A program made the position numbers and the translations under genes. A DNA stretch of 64,000 nucleotides from an uncultured bacterium (lineage in GTDB: Bacteria; Verrucomicrobiota; Kiritimatiellia; RFP12; UBA1067): contig CADCGZ010000004.1 in NCBI GenBank assembly GCA_902801025.1, forward strand, positions 5,568 through 69,567, given 5' to 3'. The notes under the pieces are model-generated. The model saw nothing but the letters and a program-made list of their open reading frames with translations, had not been told where the DNA came from and made no database searches. Shown piece by piece: positions 45,948-54,623 of the stretch. The first letter of the stretch is position 1. The number at the start of each line of letters is the position of its first letter.

Positions 45948-48671
45948 ATGAAAACTTTTAAAGGATGCTTGATGGCGGCTGCAGTCTGCGCAGGTGCTCT
46001 TTCGGCCTATGCGGACGCGGTTATTGGCCGTTTCCAGACTGGTTCCTCCGTCGCGACAATGAGCCGCGAGTCCTCCGGCATTATGCGTGCGACCATAGAG
46101 GCGCCGAAGGCAATCGGAGTCGCAGGAAAGGACGCCGCGCGGCTGTCGCTCATGTTCGACATCCGCGTGACGCGCGCGGACGGGGATGTCGGGCCGGAAT
46201 CGCTAAAGCTCGTGCAGGGCGGTGGCGTTAGCATGACAGAACCCGCCGGCGTCGAGGTTTTTCGCGCGGGGTCGCCGGTCTCCGAAGGCGTTGCGCCGAT
46301 CATGCGGCGCGCGGGCGGATGGATGACGGCATCGTATTCGCTCGCTAAGATGAAGCCGTGCGAGAGCGGAATCGGCACACTCTTCCTCTCGCTCTACAAC
46401 GACCTTCCCAAGCACGGCATCCCGTGCGGCGTCGCCGTAGAGATTCGCAACGCCCGCATAACTGAGATGAGCGCCGAAGAGCTCGCGCTCGCCGCGGAGA
46501 ATGAGGCGCGGGAGTCTGACAAGCCGCTGACGGTGTGCAATCCGATCGACCTCGAGTACATGATCCAGCGGCGCAAGCAGCGCAAGGATGGATCGTTCGA
46601 ATCAGTCATGACGGAGTCAGCGGACCCTTCGCTCGTCGTCTTCAAGGGCGAATACTGGCTCTTCGCATCGCACGGCGACGGATACTGGGTGTCGAAGGAC
46701 ATGGGGAAGTGGGAGTTCATCCCGGTCGACGTCGAGAAGGGCATCCTCTCCGAATTTCGCCGCTACGCACCCGCGACGTGCGTCGTCGGCGATTGGCTGT
46801 ACCTTACGCATTCGGAGTCTGGCAAGATCATCCGCACGAAAAACCCGCGCGACCTCTCCGCATGGGAGGAGGTGGGGCGTCCGCAGGGCTGGATGGACCC
46901 CGGCATGCTCTACGACGACCCCGCGACAGGCGGCGACGGATACGTCTATCTCTACAAGGGCCTATCCCACTTCGAGCCGATTGACGTAATCAAACTGGAC
47001 CCGAAGGACGGAATGAAGAAGGTCGTTCCCGAGAACTACCACTGCGCGTGGCCGGACCGCAACAACCGCGGCTTCGAGGTTCCAGGCGACGACAGCCTCG
47101 GATACGACGGGAAGGACACGCAGGAGGGCGCGTGGCCGGTGAAGTACAACGGACGCTACTACTTGACCTGCGCCGTGCCCGGAACGCAGTACGCCAGCTA
47201 CTGCGACAACTGCTACGTCGGCGACTCGCCGATTGGTCCGTTCCGTCTCTGCATGAACAGCCCCGCGATCTGGAAGTCCACTGGCTACACGCGTGGCGCG
47301 GGACACGGGTGCCTGTTTGAGGATTTGAACGGACACTGGTGGAAGGTCGACACGTGTCGCCTCTACGGCTTTGACCGCCGTCTTGTCCTCGTTCCGGCGA
47401 TGTTCGACGACAAGGGCGACCTCTACACGAAGGCGGAGCTGAGCGACTGGCCGTTCTTCGTTCCCGGGACGGCGAAGGATCCGTTCAACGCGCCCGGCCC
47501 GGGCTGGGGCCTCCTCTCCTGCAACAAACGCGCCGTCGCGTCCTCCAACTCCGGCACGGCTTCCCTTGCGTTCGACGAGGACATGGGGACGTGCTGGGCC
47601 GCGGCGAGCGGGAAGCCGGGCGAATGGCTCGCCGTCGACCTCGGCAAGGTGTACGGCGTGAGGTCCGTGCAGGTGAACTTCACGTCGATCGACGCGACGG
47701 CCGGCGGACGCGGCGAGGGCTGGGCGTACCGCTATCTCGTCGAATTTTCGCAGAACGGGAAGGACTGGTTCAAGGCGTTCGACCGTTCGGGCGCGAAGAC
47801 GTTTCGCCAGCACGAGTACGTCGAGTTCGCGAAGCGCGTCGGCGCGAGGTTCGTGCGCGTCACGAACAAGGGCGATTCTCCGGCAGGTTCGCGTTTTGCG
47901 ATCAACGGACTTCGCGTCTTCGGCGAGGGCGGCGGTGCTGCACCCGATGCGGTGGACATGTCGCGCGTCTTTGCTGACCGCCGCGCGGGCAACAACCGCG
48001 CCGCGGGACTCGCCTGGCCGAAGGCGAAGGGTGCGCAGGGGTATATCGTCCGCTATGGCATCGCGCCTGACAAGCTGTACACGCACTACCAGGTGATCGG
48101 CTCCGAAAGCGTCGTCGTCAATACTCTCATCCGCGGCGTAGACTACTACGCGACAGTCGACAGCTACAACGAAAGCGGCGTAACGCGCGGAACGAAGACC
48201 GTGCGCCTGCCCGCGACGGAGCAGCTTGTCGAAGGCTACGACATGCGCGGGGACAGTCCCTCGCCCGCGATCACAAACCGGGTCGCCGGAGTTGCGGTTC
48301 ATGAGGCGGAGAAGGCGAAGTTCGCGGGCGAAGGCGTGAAGCACGAGTACGAGGTCCGCGCGTCCGGCGCGAAGGCCGTCTGGGGGCTCGGCGCGAAGGG
48401 GACGCGCGTCGACTTCGCGAAGGTCGAGTCGCATAAGTCCGGCGCGGCGACGATGCGCGTCTCCTACGCGACGCCGTTTGACGCGAAGGTCGGCGTTTCG
48501 GTCAACGGCGGGAAGGCTGCGGAAGTGAAGCTTCCCGCGACGCGCGGCTGGCCGACGTACATGACGGTCGATCTTCCTGTTGACGGGCTGAAACGTGGCG
48601 CGGATAACGCGATCCGCATTGAAGGGCTTGGCGACAGATTCCATCTCGACTACATCCAAGTGCTAAATTGA
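45948..48671 (+). CDS. GH43-like glycoside hydrolase with F5/8 type C (discoidin) and C-terminal CBM6/35-like domains, exported
   Basis: 907 aa. Beta-propeller signature ADPSLVVFKGEYWLFASHGDGYWVS, discoidin-like GTCWAAASGKPGEWLAVDLGKVYGVRSVQVNF, and a C-terminal lectin-like block ending HLDYIQV. Confidence 0.85.
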   Translation: MKTFKGCLMAAAVCAGALSAYADAVIGRFQTGSSVATMSRESSGIMRATIEAPKAIGVAGKDAARLSLMFDIRVTRADGDVGPESLKLVQGGGVSMTEPAGVEVFRAGSPVSEGVAPIMRRAGGWMTASYSLAKMKPCESGIGTLFLSLYNDLPKHGIPCGVAVEIRNARITEMSAEELALAAENEARESDKPLTVCNPIDLEYMIQRRKQRKDGSFESVMTESADPSLVVFKGEYWLFASHGDGYWVSKDMGKWEFIPVDVEKGILSEFRRYAPATCVVGDWLYLTHSESGKIIRTKNPRDLSAWEEVGRPQGWMDPGMLYDDPATGGDGYVYLYKGLSHFEPIDVIKLDPKDGMKKVVPENYHCAWPDRNNRGFEVPGDDSLGYDGKDTQEGAWPVKYNGRYYLTCAVPGTQYASYCDNCYVGDSPIGPFRLCMNSPAIWKSTGYTRGAGHGCLFEDLNGHWWKVDTCRLYGFDRRLVLVPAMFDDKGDLYTKAELSDWPFFVPGTAKDPFNAPGPGWGLLSCNKRAVASSNSGTASLAFDEDMGTCWAAASGKPGEWLAVDLGKVYGVRSVQVNFTSIDATAGGRGEGWAYRYLVEFSQNGKDWFKAFDRSGAKTFRQHEYVEFAKRVGARFVRVTNKGDSPAGSRFAINGLRVFGEGGGAAPDAVDMSRVFADRRAGNNRAAGLAWPKAKGAQGYIVRYGIAPDKLYTHYQVIGSESVVVNTLIRGVDYYATVDSYNESGVTRGTKTVRLPATEQLVEGYDMRGDSPSPAITNRVAGVAVHEAEKAKFAGEGVKHEYEVRASGAKAVWGLGAKGTRVDFAKVESHKSGAATMRVSYATPFDAKVGVSVNGGKAAEVKLPATRGWPTYMTVDLPVDGLKRGADNAIRIEGLGDRFHLDYIQVLN

Positions 48672-48680
48672 GGACTTCAC

Positions 48681-51476
48681 ATGAAAAAATCGCTTTCGCT
48701 TTCGTTTTTGCTTGTCATTGCGGTCGCCGTGTCGGGTGCGGCGTTCGGATGGCAGAAAAAGACTGCGCCGGTCATGACGCAATGGGCGGACGACGTCACG
48801 CCGGAGAACGTCCTACCCGAGTATCCGCGTCCGCAGATGGTGCGCTCAGAGTGGATGAACCTGAACGGCGTGTGGGAGTTCGACTGCACGCGCGGCATCA
48901 CCAACCGCATCCCGGCGGACGAATGGAAGGGCTGCGACCGCGCTGTCTTCGACAAGGTCGAGTTCGGCAGGAAGCTCCCGCGCGAGATTCTCGTGCCGTT
49001 TCCGGTAGAGTCGGCGCTCTCCGGCATCATGGAGCGCGCCGAATATCTCAAGTACCGCCGCACCTTCAGTATTCCGAAGGGCTGGCGCGACAACGGCCGT
49101 CACGTGCGGCTAAACTTCGACGCCGTTGACTGGAAGTGCGACGTCTATCTCAATGGAAAGCTCCAGGGCGGGCACGAAGGCGGATACGACGCGTTCTCGT
49201 TCGACGTGACGAAGGACTTGAAGGACGGCGACAACGAGCTGATCGTCACGGTGTACGATCCGACCGACAACGGCACTCAGCCCGTCGGCAAGCAGCGAAA
49301 CGAACCGGAGGGATACTGGTACACGCCGAACAGCGGAATCTGGCAGACGGTGTGGCTTGAGCCGGTTGACGAGTTTGCGGCGACTGGCATGAAGCTGATC
49401 CCCCATGTGCGCGAGGGCTGGCTCGGCGTGACGGTCAAGGCTTCGGAGAAGCTGCAGGAGGTCGAGCTTGAGGCTCTCGACGGCGGGAAGACGGTGGCGA
49501 AGGCGAAGGGCTACGTGAACAGTGAGATCCGTCTCGATATGCCGAAGGACATGAAGCTCTGGAGCCCCGACTCGCCGTTCCTCTACGACCTCAAGGTAAA
49601 GATGACTCGTCGCTACAGGGTGGTGGATGAGTTCACGAGCTATTTCGGAATGCGCGAACTCGGCAAGAAGATTATCGACGGCGTGATGCGTCCGACGATC
49701 AACGGCGAGTTCGTGTTCCAGAACGGCACGCTCGACCAGGGGTACTGGCCGGACGGAAACCTGCGCGCCGACGCGCTCAAGAGCGACATCGAGAAGCACA
49801 AGCAGCTCGGCTTCAACCTCATCCGGAAGCACATCAAGGTGGAGCCGCAGCGCTGGTTCTACTGGTGCGACAAAATCGGCATGCTCGTGTGGCAGGACAT
49901 GCCTTCCATGCACACTCACGCAGTCGCGTCGCGTGACGAGAAGAAGCGCAGGGGATTCCGTCCGAACGCCGCAGAGAAGACGCTCTTCGAGGGCGAGCTC
50001 AAGGAGATGATCGACGAGCACATCTCGTCTCCGTCAGTCGTCTGCTGGATACTCTTCAACGAGGGGTGGGGCGTCTACGAGAAGGAGGATGTCAAGCGGC
50101 TTGCCGACTGGGTGTCTCAGTACGATCCTTCGCGCTGGCTTGACGACTCGACGGGACTCCCGAACGAGCATGCCGCAGGAGACGTGTATGACGTCCACAT
50201 CTACACGGGCCCCTCGGCCGGCGTCAGCGAGCGGCCGTGCTTCAGCGTGCTCGGCGAGTGGGGCGGAGTGGGCCTGAACGTCAAGGGCCACACCTGGTTC
50301 GAGCGCGGCGGGTGGTCGTACGACACCACGAAGGGCAACGCGCAGCTCAACGAACGCTACCTGAAGATGCAGGACGAGCTTCTCAACAACATGTACTTCC
50401 CCGGGCTTTCCGCGGCGATGTACACGCAGATATCGGATGTCGAGGGGGAGACGAACGGCATCCTGACCTACGACCGCAAGGTCTGCAAGTTCGACGAAGC
50501 GGCGCTAAAGGCGAAGCACGACAGACTCGTCCGCGAGTCGAAGAACCTCAAAAAGGTCACGGATGCGAACGCGGGTGTGAAGATCTCTGCGCCTGTAACG
50601 GTCAAGGCTGGCGCTGATGGCGCGTATGTGTTCGCCAAGGCCGACGGCGAGGAGGATTCTTTCCTGACCGCGGCCGTTGCGGAGGCGAGGACCGTCGTTC
50701 CCGCCAAGGCGGGCGCAGAGGCGGGCGTAGTGATGCGCCTGACTCAGGAAGGCGGCTATCTCTTCGGCATTAGGGGCGACGGCACGCTGTTCATCCGCGC
50801 TGTCGGTTCCGCCTTCGGCGAGAAGGCGCCGTCGGTCGAGAGGAAGACCACTCTCAAGGGCGAGGTTGTCCTCAAGGCCACTGCCTGCGGCAGCATGTTT
50901 TCGGTGAGCGTGGGGCGCGAGAGACTTGTCATGAACGACGCTCGCTGTCCCGTCGGGCGCTGCGGCGTGTATGCCATGGGTGCTGACGCAACGTTCATGG
51001 AGTTCGGCGTGTCGAATCCGATGCGCCTTATCCGCTGGATGAACGGACCCGTCAAGTACTGGGTGACGCGCGACGAGATGCGCGAGGTCGCAGGTCCGGA
51101 CGGAAAGAAGGCGAAAATCCCCGAAGTGCGGGCGATCATCGACTGCAACGCGAAGGTGGCTGCAGACGCCTACTGGGAGATCGAAAATGGCCTTGCGGAC
51201 GGCAAGGGCCTGTCGTTTCGCCACATGGGACATCCTGGCAGCTATCTCGCCATTGACGCCGACGGATTCTGCAACGTGATCGAGGACGACGGAAGCGAGG
51301 ACTTCGCGAAGCGCGCCACGTGGTACGACAGGCCGGGACACGAGGTGCCTTTGCTCCATTCCTTCGAGTCCTGCGCAGAACGGGGGAAGTTCCTGCGTGC
51401 GCGTGGCCGTCTGAAGGTCGATGACCCGAAGTCTGGCGGATTCCGCCTGGACTCGACGTTCGAGATACTCGACTGA
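48681..51476 (+). CDS. GH2 family glycoside hydrolase with C-terminal AbfB/ricin-like lectin domain, exported
   Basis: 931 aa with signal LSFLLVIAVAVSGAAFG. Motifs are YPRPQMVRSEWMNLNGVWEF, FNLIRKHIKVEP and PSVVCWILFNEGWG. The C-terminal GLSFRHMGHPGSYLAIDADGF is lectin-like. Confidence 0.85.
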   Translation: MKKSLSLSFLLVIAVAVSGAAFGWQKKTAPVMTQWADDVTPENVLPEYPRPQMVRSEWMNLNGVWEFDCTRGITNRIPADEWKGCDRAVFDKVEFGRKLPREILVPFPVESALSGIMERAEYLKYRRTFSIPKGWRDNGRHVRLNFDAVDWKCDVYLNGKLQGGHEGGYDAFSFDVTKDLKDGDNELIVTVYDPTDNGTQPVGKQRNEPEGYWYTPNSGIWQTVWLEPVDEFAATGMKLIPHVREGWLGVTVKASEKLQEVELEALDGGKTVAKAKGYVNSEIRLDMPKDMKLWSPDSPFLYDLKVKMTRRYRVVDEFTSYFGMRELGKKIIDGVMRPTINGEFVFQNGTLDQGYWPDGNLRADALKSDIEKHKQLGFNLIRKHIKVEPQRWFYWCDKIGMLVWQDMPSMHTHAVASRDEKKRRGFRPNAAEKTLFEGELKEMIDEHISSPSVVCWILFNEGWGVYEKEDVKRLADWVSQYDPSRWLDDSTGLPNEHAAGDVYDVHIYTGPSAGVSERPCFSVLGEWGGVGLNVKGHTWFERGGWSYDTTKGNAQLNERYLKMQDELLNNMYFPGLSAAMYTQISDVEGETNGILTYDRKVCKFDEAALKAKHDRLVRESKNLKKVTDANAGVKISAPVTVKAGADGAYVFAKADGEEDSFLTAAVAEARTVVPAKAGAEAGVVMRLTQEGGYLFGIRGDGTLFIRAVGSAFGEKAPSVERKTTLKGEVVLKATACGSMFSVSVGRERLVMNDARCPVGRCGVYAMGADATFMEFGVSNPMRLIRWMNGPVKYWVTRDEMREVAGPDGKKAKIPEVRAIIDCNAKVAADAYWEIENGLADGKGLSFRHMGHPGSYLAIDADGFCNVIEDDGSEDFAKRATWYDRPGHEVPLLHSFESCAERGKFLRARGRLKVDDPKSGGFRLDSTFEILD

Positions 51477-51511
51477 TTCTTTGTGCAAATAACAACAACG
51501 GAGAAACAACG

Positions 51512-53149
51512 ATGAACAGAATGGCAGTAGCATTGATGGTTGGGTGCTGCGCATTGACGGCGTCGGCGTACGACGTACGCTTCAAGAACATCTACCAGAG
51601 CAGGATGGTCCTGCAGGCTGGGATGCCGAACGACGTCGCCGGAAGGTCCGATCCCGGCGCGGCGATAAGCGTGACGGGAGAGGCGGTGAAGCCCGGCAAG
51701 GCGCCCCAGATGATCTCGCTGCATGTGAAGGCCGATTCGACAGGGCGCTGGACGGTGACGCTTCCGGCCCTGCCGAAGCGGACAGTCCTGAAGCTGACGT
51801 GCTCAGACGGGAAGACGTCGAAGACGATCGAGGATGTCGTCTTCGGGGAGCTCTGGCTGTGCTCCGGGCAGTCGAACATGGAGTGGAACTTCAACGCCAA
51901 CACGATCCCCGCAGACTATCTCGAAAAGTGCCGCGCGAGCGTCCCCGCGTTCGCCGGAGACATCCGCACCATCGTGACCGAGCGCAACTGCCTCGTGAGC
52001 GAATGCGACGAGATCGGCGGAACATGGAACCGCATCGACAAGGGCGACGATCTGCGCTGCGCGGGGTCGCAGTTCGGCTATCTCTTCGCGCAGCTGATTT
52101 CCAAGGCGCTCGACACGCCGGTCGGAATCATCGACTCTTCTGTCGGCGGCTCGCGCATCGAGCCGTGGATCCCCGCGTCCGCGTTCAAGGAGACGAACGT
52201 GCCGTTCCACACGCAGGACCGCCGCGCGTTCCGCTGGGACACCTACCAGGCCGCGCTTGCGAATTTCGCGAAGGACCGCGAGGACTTCATGTCGCGCCGT
52301 TCGAAGTGGCTCTCGGACAATCCGAGCAACGACCTCCGCAACCGCAACCGCGACACGATGCCGCAGCCTCCGATCGACGAACTCGCGCTCGACCACATGC
52401 CGGCGAAATTCTTCAACGGCAAGATTTGCGGACTCTTCCCGCTCAAGCCCGCAGGCGTACTCTGGTACCAGGGCTGCTCCAACGAGGGCGAGCCGTACGA
52501 ATACGGCGAGCTCGCGAAGCTACTCGTGACGTCGTGGCGCAAGTTCTTCCGCACGGAGTTCCCGTTCTACTACGTGGAGCTCGCCGCGATCAACGATCCG
52601 CAGAGCGAGCCCGTGCAGAAATGGTCGTGGGGCGGAATCCGCGAGGCGCAGGGCGAAGTGCTTGCGCTGCCCAAGACTGGCGTCGTCACGTCCGCCGACG
52701 CGGGCGGATCCGAGAAGCTCGGACTCGGCGACATCCATCCGCCCTGCAAGAAGATGATCGCGGAGCGCGCCGCAAAGCTGGTGCTTGCCGAGGTCTACGG
52801 GAAGGGAAGCGCCGTCGCCGCGCGTTCCCCGTACTACTCGGGCGTCTCGAAGGCGGAAGGCGGAAAGTTCCGCGTGAAGATCGCCAATGCCGACGGGCTC
52901 CGCCTGATGCCGGGCAAGGATAAGATCGACGGCTTCGCCATCCGCGGCGAAAAGAAGGACGACTGGAAGTGGGCGAACGCCGTGATCGAGGGGGATGAAA
53001 TCGTCCTCTCCTCGCCCGATGTGCCGAAGCCCGTTGCCGTCCGCTACGGCTGGGCGCGCCGTCCGCGCCTCACGCTCGAAAGCGCGCACGCTCTTCCGCT
53101 GCGTCCGTTCTCGACCGACCACGGCTCGACGCTCGACTACGGCAAATAA
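51512..53149 (+). CDS. Sialate O-acetylesterase (SASA/DUF303 family), exported
   Basis: 545 aa. The hallmark is FGELWLCSGQSNMEWNF, with GVLWYQGCSNEG further on. The N-terminus is signal-like. Confidence 0.88.
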   Translation: MNRMAVALMVGCCALTASAYDVRFKNIYQSRMVLQAGMPNDVAGRSDPGAAISVTGEAVKPGKAPQMISLHVKADSTGRWTVTLPALPKRTVLKLTCSDGKTSKTIEDVVFGELWLCSGQSNMEWNFNANTIPADYLEKCRASVPAFAGDIRTIVTERNCLVSECDEIGGTWNRIDKGDDLRCAGSQFGYLFAQLISKALDTPVGIIDSSVGGSRIEPWIPASAFKETNVPFHTQDRRAFRWDTYQAALANFAKDREDFMSRRSKWLSDNPSNDLRNRNRDTMPQPPIDELALDHMPAKFFNGKICGLFPLKPAGVLWYQGCSNEGEPYEYGELAKLLVTSWRKFFRTEFPFYYVELAAINDPQSEPVQKWSWGGIREAQGEVLALPKTGVVTSADAGGSEKLGLGDIHPPCKKMIAERAAKLVLAEVYGKGSAVAARSPYYSGVSKAEGGKFRVKIANADGLRLMPGKDKIDGFAIRGEKKDDWKWANAVIEGDEIVLSSPDVPKPVAVRYGWARRPRLTLESAHALPLRPFSTDHGSTLDYGK

Positions 53150-53166
53150 GGAATGGACCAGCTGTT

Positions 53167-54582
53167 ATGAGACCAGCTATTGTGAAAAAATTCATGTTGA
53201 CCGCGCTTGGCGCGCTGTCGGCGGCACTTTGCGCCGCAGACATGCCCCGCGCGACGCCGGAGTCGCAGGGCGTCAGCTCGCAGGCGATCATCGACTGGCT
53301 CGACGCCTGCAACGCCGAGATGAAATACATGCACGGGTTTGTCGTCGTGCGGCACGGAAAGGTCATCGCCGAGGGCGCGTGGGCGCCGTTCGACCCGCTG
53401 ACGCGTCCGCACATGCTCTATTCGCACTCCAAGAGCTTTACGTCGACCGCGATCGGATTTCTTGCGGACGAAGGGAAGGTAGACCTGGACGAGCGCATAG
53501 CTGACATATTCGCGGACAAGATGCCGACGAATCCACCGCCGGAGCTGCTTGAGGTGCGCGTGCGCGACCTGCTGACCATGAACTTCGGGTCCGACGCGAG
53601 CCATGCGCCCAAGTGCAACTTCGCCCTTGCCGACTGGGAGAAGGGCATCCTCTCGCGCCCGATGGAGCGCCGTCCGGGCACGAAGCACCGCTACGACTCC
53701 GACGCGACGTACCTCCTTTCGTGCATCGTCGAGAGAAAGAGCGGAATGCGGACGATGGACTACCTCAAGGCCAAGCTGTTCGATCCGCTCGGCATGACAA
53801 GCCCCTGGTCGACAGTCTCTCCGTCCGGCACCGCCTGCGGCGGCTGGGGCATGAACATGACGACGCGCGACATCGCGAAGTTCGGGCAGTTCCTGCTCGA
53901 CGGAGGCGTGTGGGACGGGAAGCAGCTGCTTTCGCGCGACTGGATACGCCTCGCCTCCGCAAAGCACACGGCTTCAGGCGGCGGACCCGACTGGCGGCTC
54001 GGCTACGGGTTTCAGTTCTGGCGCTGCCAGCACAACGCCTACCGCGCGGACGGCGCGGCTGGCCAGTTCACGATCGTCATGGAGGATCAGGACGCGGTCG
54101 TCTCCCTCAATGCGGCCGAGGGCAACACGCAGAAGGAGCTTGACCTTGTGTGGAAGCATCTCGTCCCCGCGTTCGGAGACCGTCCGCTCCCCGACGACGC
54201 GGAGCTTCAGAGCAGGCTCGCGGACAAGTGCGCGAAGCTCGAGATATCCGCGCCGAAGGGAACGGGGCTCGCGGGTTCGGCGCTTCCGGCGGCGTGCAGC
54301 TACGGACGCAGCAACCTGATGCCGGAGGGCAAGGGCACGCTGGAGAAGTCTGATTCGGGCTGGACACTCGTGGGCGGCAACCGCCGTCTCGCGATCGGCG
54401 ACGGAGCCTGGGCGGAGACGACGTGGAAGTTCGACGACGGCAACGTCGAGCCGCTTTTCGCGCTGGTGGGCACGCGCACCGCAATTGCCGCGGGACGCTG
54501 GACGAACGAGAAGACCCTCCGCGTGAGCTGGCATCTCCTCGACTGCACGCAGAAGGGCGAGTTCGAGGTCAAGGTGCAGTGA
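53167..54582 (+). CDS. Serine hydrolase of the beta-lactamase/transpeptidase-like family, exported
   Basis: 471 aa. S-x-x-K motif in MLYSHSKSFTSTAIGFL, signal-like MLTALGALSAALCAA, and GGWGM in the later part. Confidence 0.85.
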   Translation: MRPAIVKKFMLTALGALSAALCAADMPRATPESQGVSSQAIIDWLDACNAEMKYMHGFVVVRHGKVIAEGAWAPFDPLTRPHMLYSHSKSFTSTAIGFLADEGKVDLDERIADIFADKMPTNPPPELLEVRVRDLLTMNFGSDASHAPKCNFALADWEKGILSRPMERRPGTKHRYDSDATYLLSCIVERKSGMRTMDYLKAKLFDPLGMTSPWSTVSPSGTACGGWGMNMTTRDIAKFGQFLLDGGVWDGKQLLSRDWIRLASAKHTASGGGPDWRLGYGFQFWRCQHNAYRADGAAGQFTIVMEDQDAVVSLNAAEGNTQKELDLVWKHLVPAFGDRPLPDDAELQSRLADKCAKLEISAPKGTGLAGSALPAACSYGRSNLMPEGKGTLEKSDSGWTLVGGNRRLAIGDGAWAETTWKFDDGNVEPLFALVGTRTAIAAGRWTNEKTLRVSWHLLDCTQKGEFEVKVQ

Positions 54583-54623
54583 CTGCCATCGCGTTGTGAC
54601 AGTTGCTGAATCGAGGTGAACCG